DNA from: Thermoproteus tenax Kra 1
GTDB taxonomy: Archaea; Thermoproteota; Thermoprotei; Thermoproteales; Thermoproteaceae
Direction of reading: 5' to 3'
Length of the DNA stretch: 32,000 bases
Assembly: GCF_000253055.1 (NCBI RefSeq)
Contig: NC_016070.1
Coordinates: 1,290,001-1,322,000 of the forward strand
This document shows, piece by piece, positions 31,705 through 32,000 of this stretch. Within the stretch, counting starts at the first letter, position 1. Every line of letters starts with the position of its first letter. The notes beneath the pieces were generated by a model. It was not told where the DNA came from and made no database searches. It worked only from the letters and a program-made list of their open reading frames with translations. A program made the position numbers and the translations under genes.

Positions 31705-32000
31705 TACGATTTCCCCCTCGTCGACAGACCATTTGAAGAAATAGGGCAGGAGCTAGGCCTCGACGAGGATCAGGTGATACAGAGGCTGAGCGGCTCGCGA
31801 CGGCAGGCGTTCTCAAGAGGATAGGATCCGTCATGAACTACAGAGCCAAGAGACTTGAGGCGGCTCTGATAGGTCTTGCAGTGCCGGAGGAACTCATAGA
31901 CAGAGTGGCCGGCGAGATAAACAGAGACCCCATGGTCTCCCATAACTTCCAGAGAGACTGGAGGCCCTACAACGTCTGGTATGTGACCAAGGCTTCCTCC
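31693..32000 (+). pseudogene. siroheme decarboxylase AhbA/AhbB (NirD/L/G/H)-like gene, apparently frameshifted; continues past the window end
   Basis: Frame 1 gives 'MKVQYDFPLVDRPFEEIGQELGLDEDQVIQRLSGS...' and stops at 31822-31824. Frame 3 (open from ~31788 to the window end) gives 'LATAGVLKRIGSVMNYRAKRLEAALIGLAVPEELIDRVAGEINRDPMVSHNFQRDWRPYNVWY'. Joined, the two match the AhbA/B pattern. Confidence 0.6.

Noticed and set aside
1-32000. CRISPR arrays, transposases/IS elements, and toxin-antitoxin pairs
   Set aside because: I found no regularly spaced direct repeats of 24-37 bp, no DDE or serine/tyrosine recombinase motifs, and no small adjacent ORF pairs with recognisable TA signatures when scanning both strands.

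Overview
This window looks like chromosomal DNA from a hyperthermophilic crenarchaeon, most likely Thermoproteales (Pyrobaculum/Thermoproteus-like). The evidence is archaeal information-processing genes (TFB, RFC small subunit, ribosomal protein L13e, NMD3, Trm1, an exonuclease-less family B DNA polymerase), two intron-containing tRNA genes (one intron at a non-canonical position), a stand-alone 5S rRNA gene, C/D box sRNA candidates, and AT-rich TATA boxes about 20-30 bp upstream of most start codons. Genes are tightly packed, often with 4-nt ATGA overlaps. Metabolic genes include folE, a cbiZ-like gene, icd, a crotonase, prpD/prpB (methylcitrate cycle), a thioredoxin-reductase-like flavoprotein and a GNAT. 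I found no CRISPR array, transposase or integrase. The items I think most deserve follow-up are: (1) a C5-cytosine DNA methyltransferase divergently paired with an unassigned 196-aa protein carrying an Hjc/restriction-enzyme-like E...D...ExK signature; (2) a roughly 290-nt GC-rich, ORF-poor locus bracketed by a TATA box and a T7 run, which looks like a structured RNA with RNase P-like motifs but an unconventional layout; (3) three C/D box sRNA candidates; (4) two apparently frameshifted genes (a GT2 glycosyltransferase and an AhbA/B-like siroheme decarboxylase); (5) a TFB operon containing a HIT-fold protein that lacks the histidine triad. All family assignments come from motif recognition by eye. 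No database search was run.
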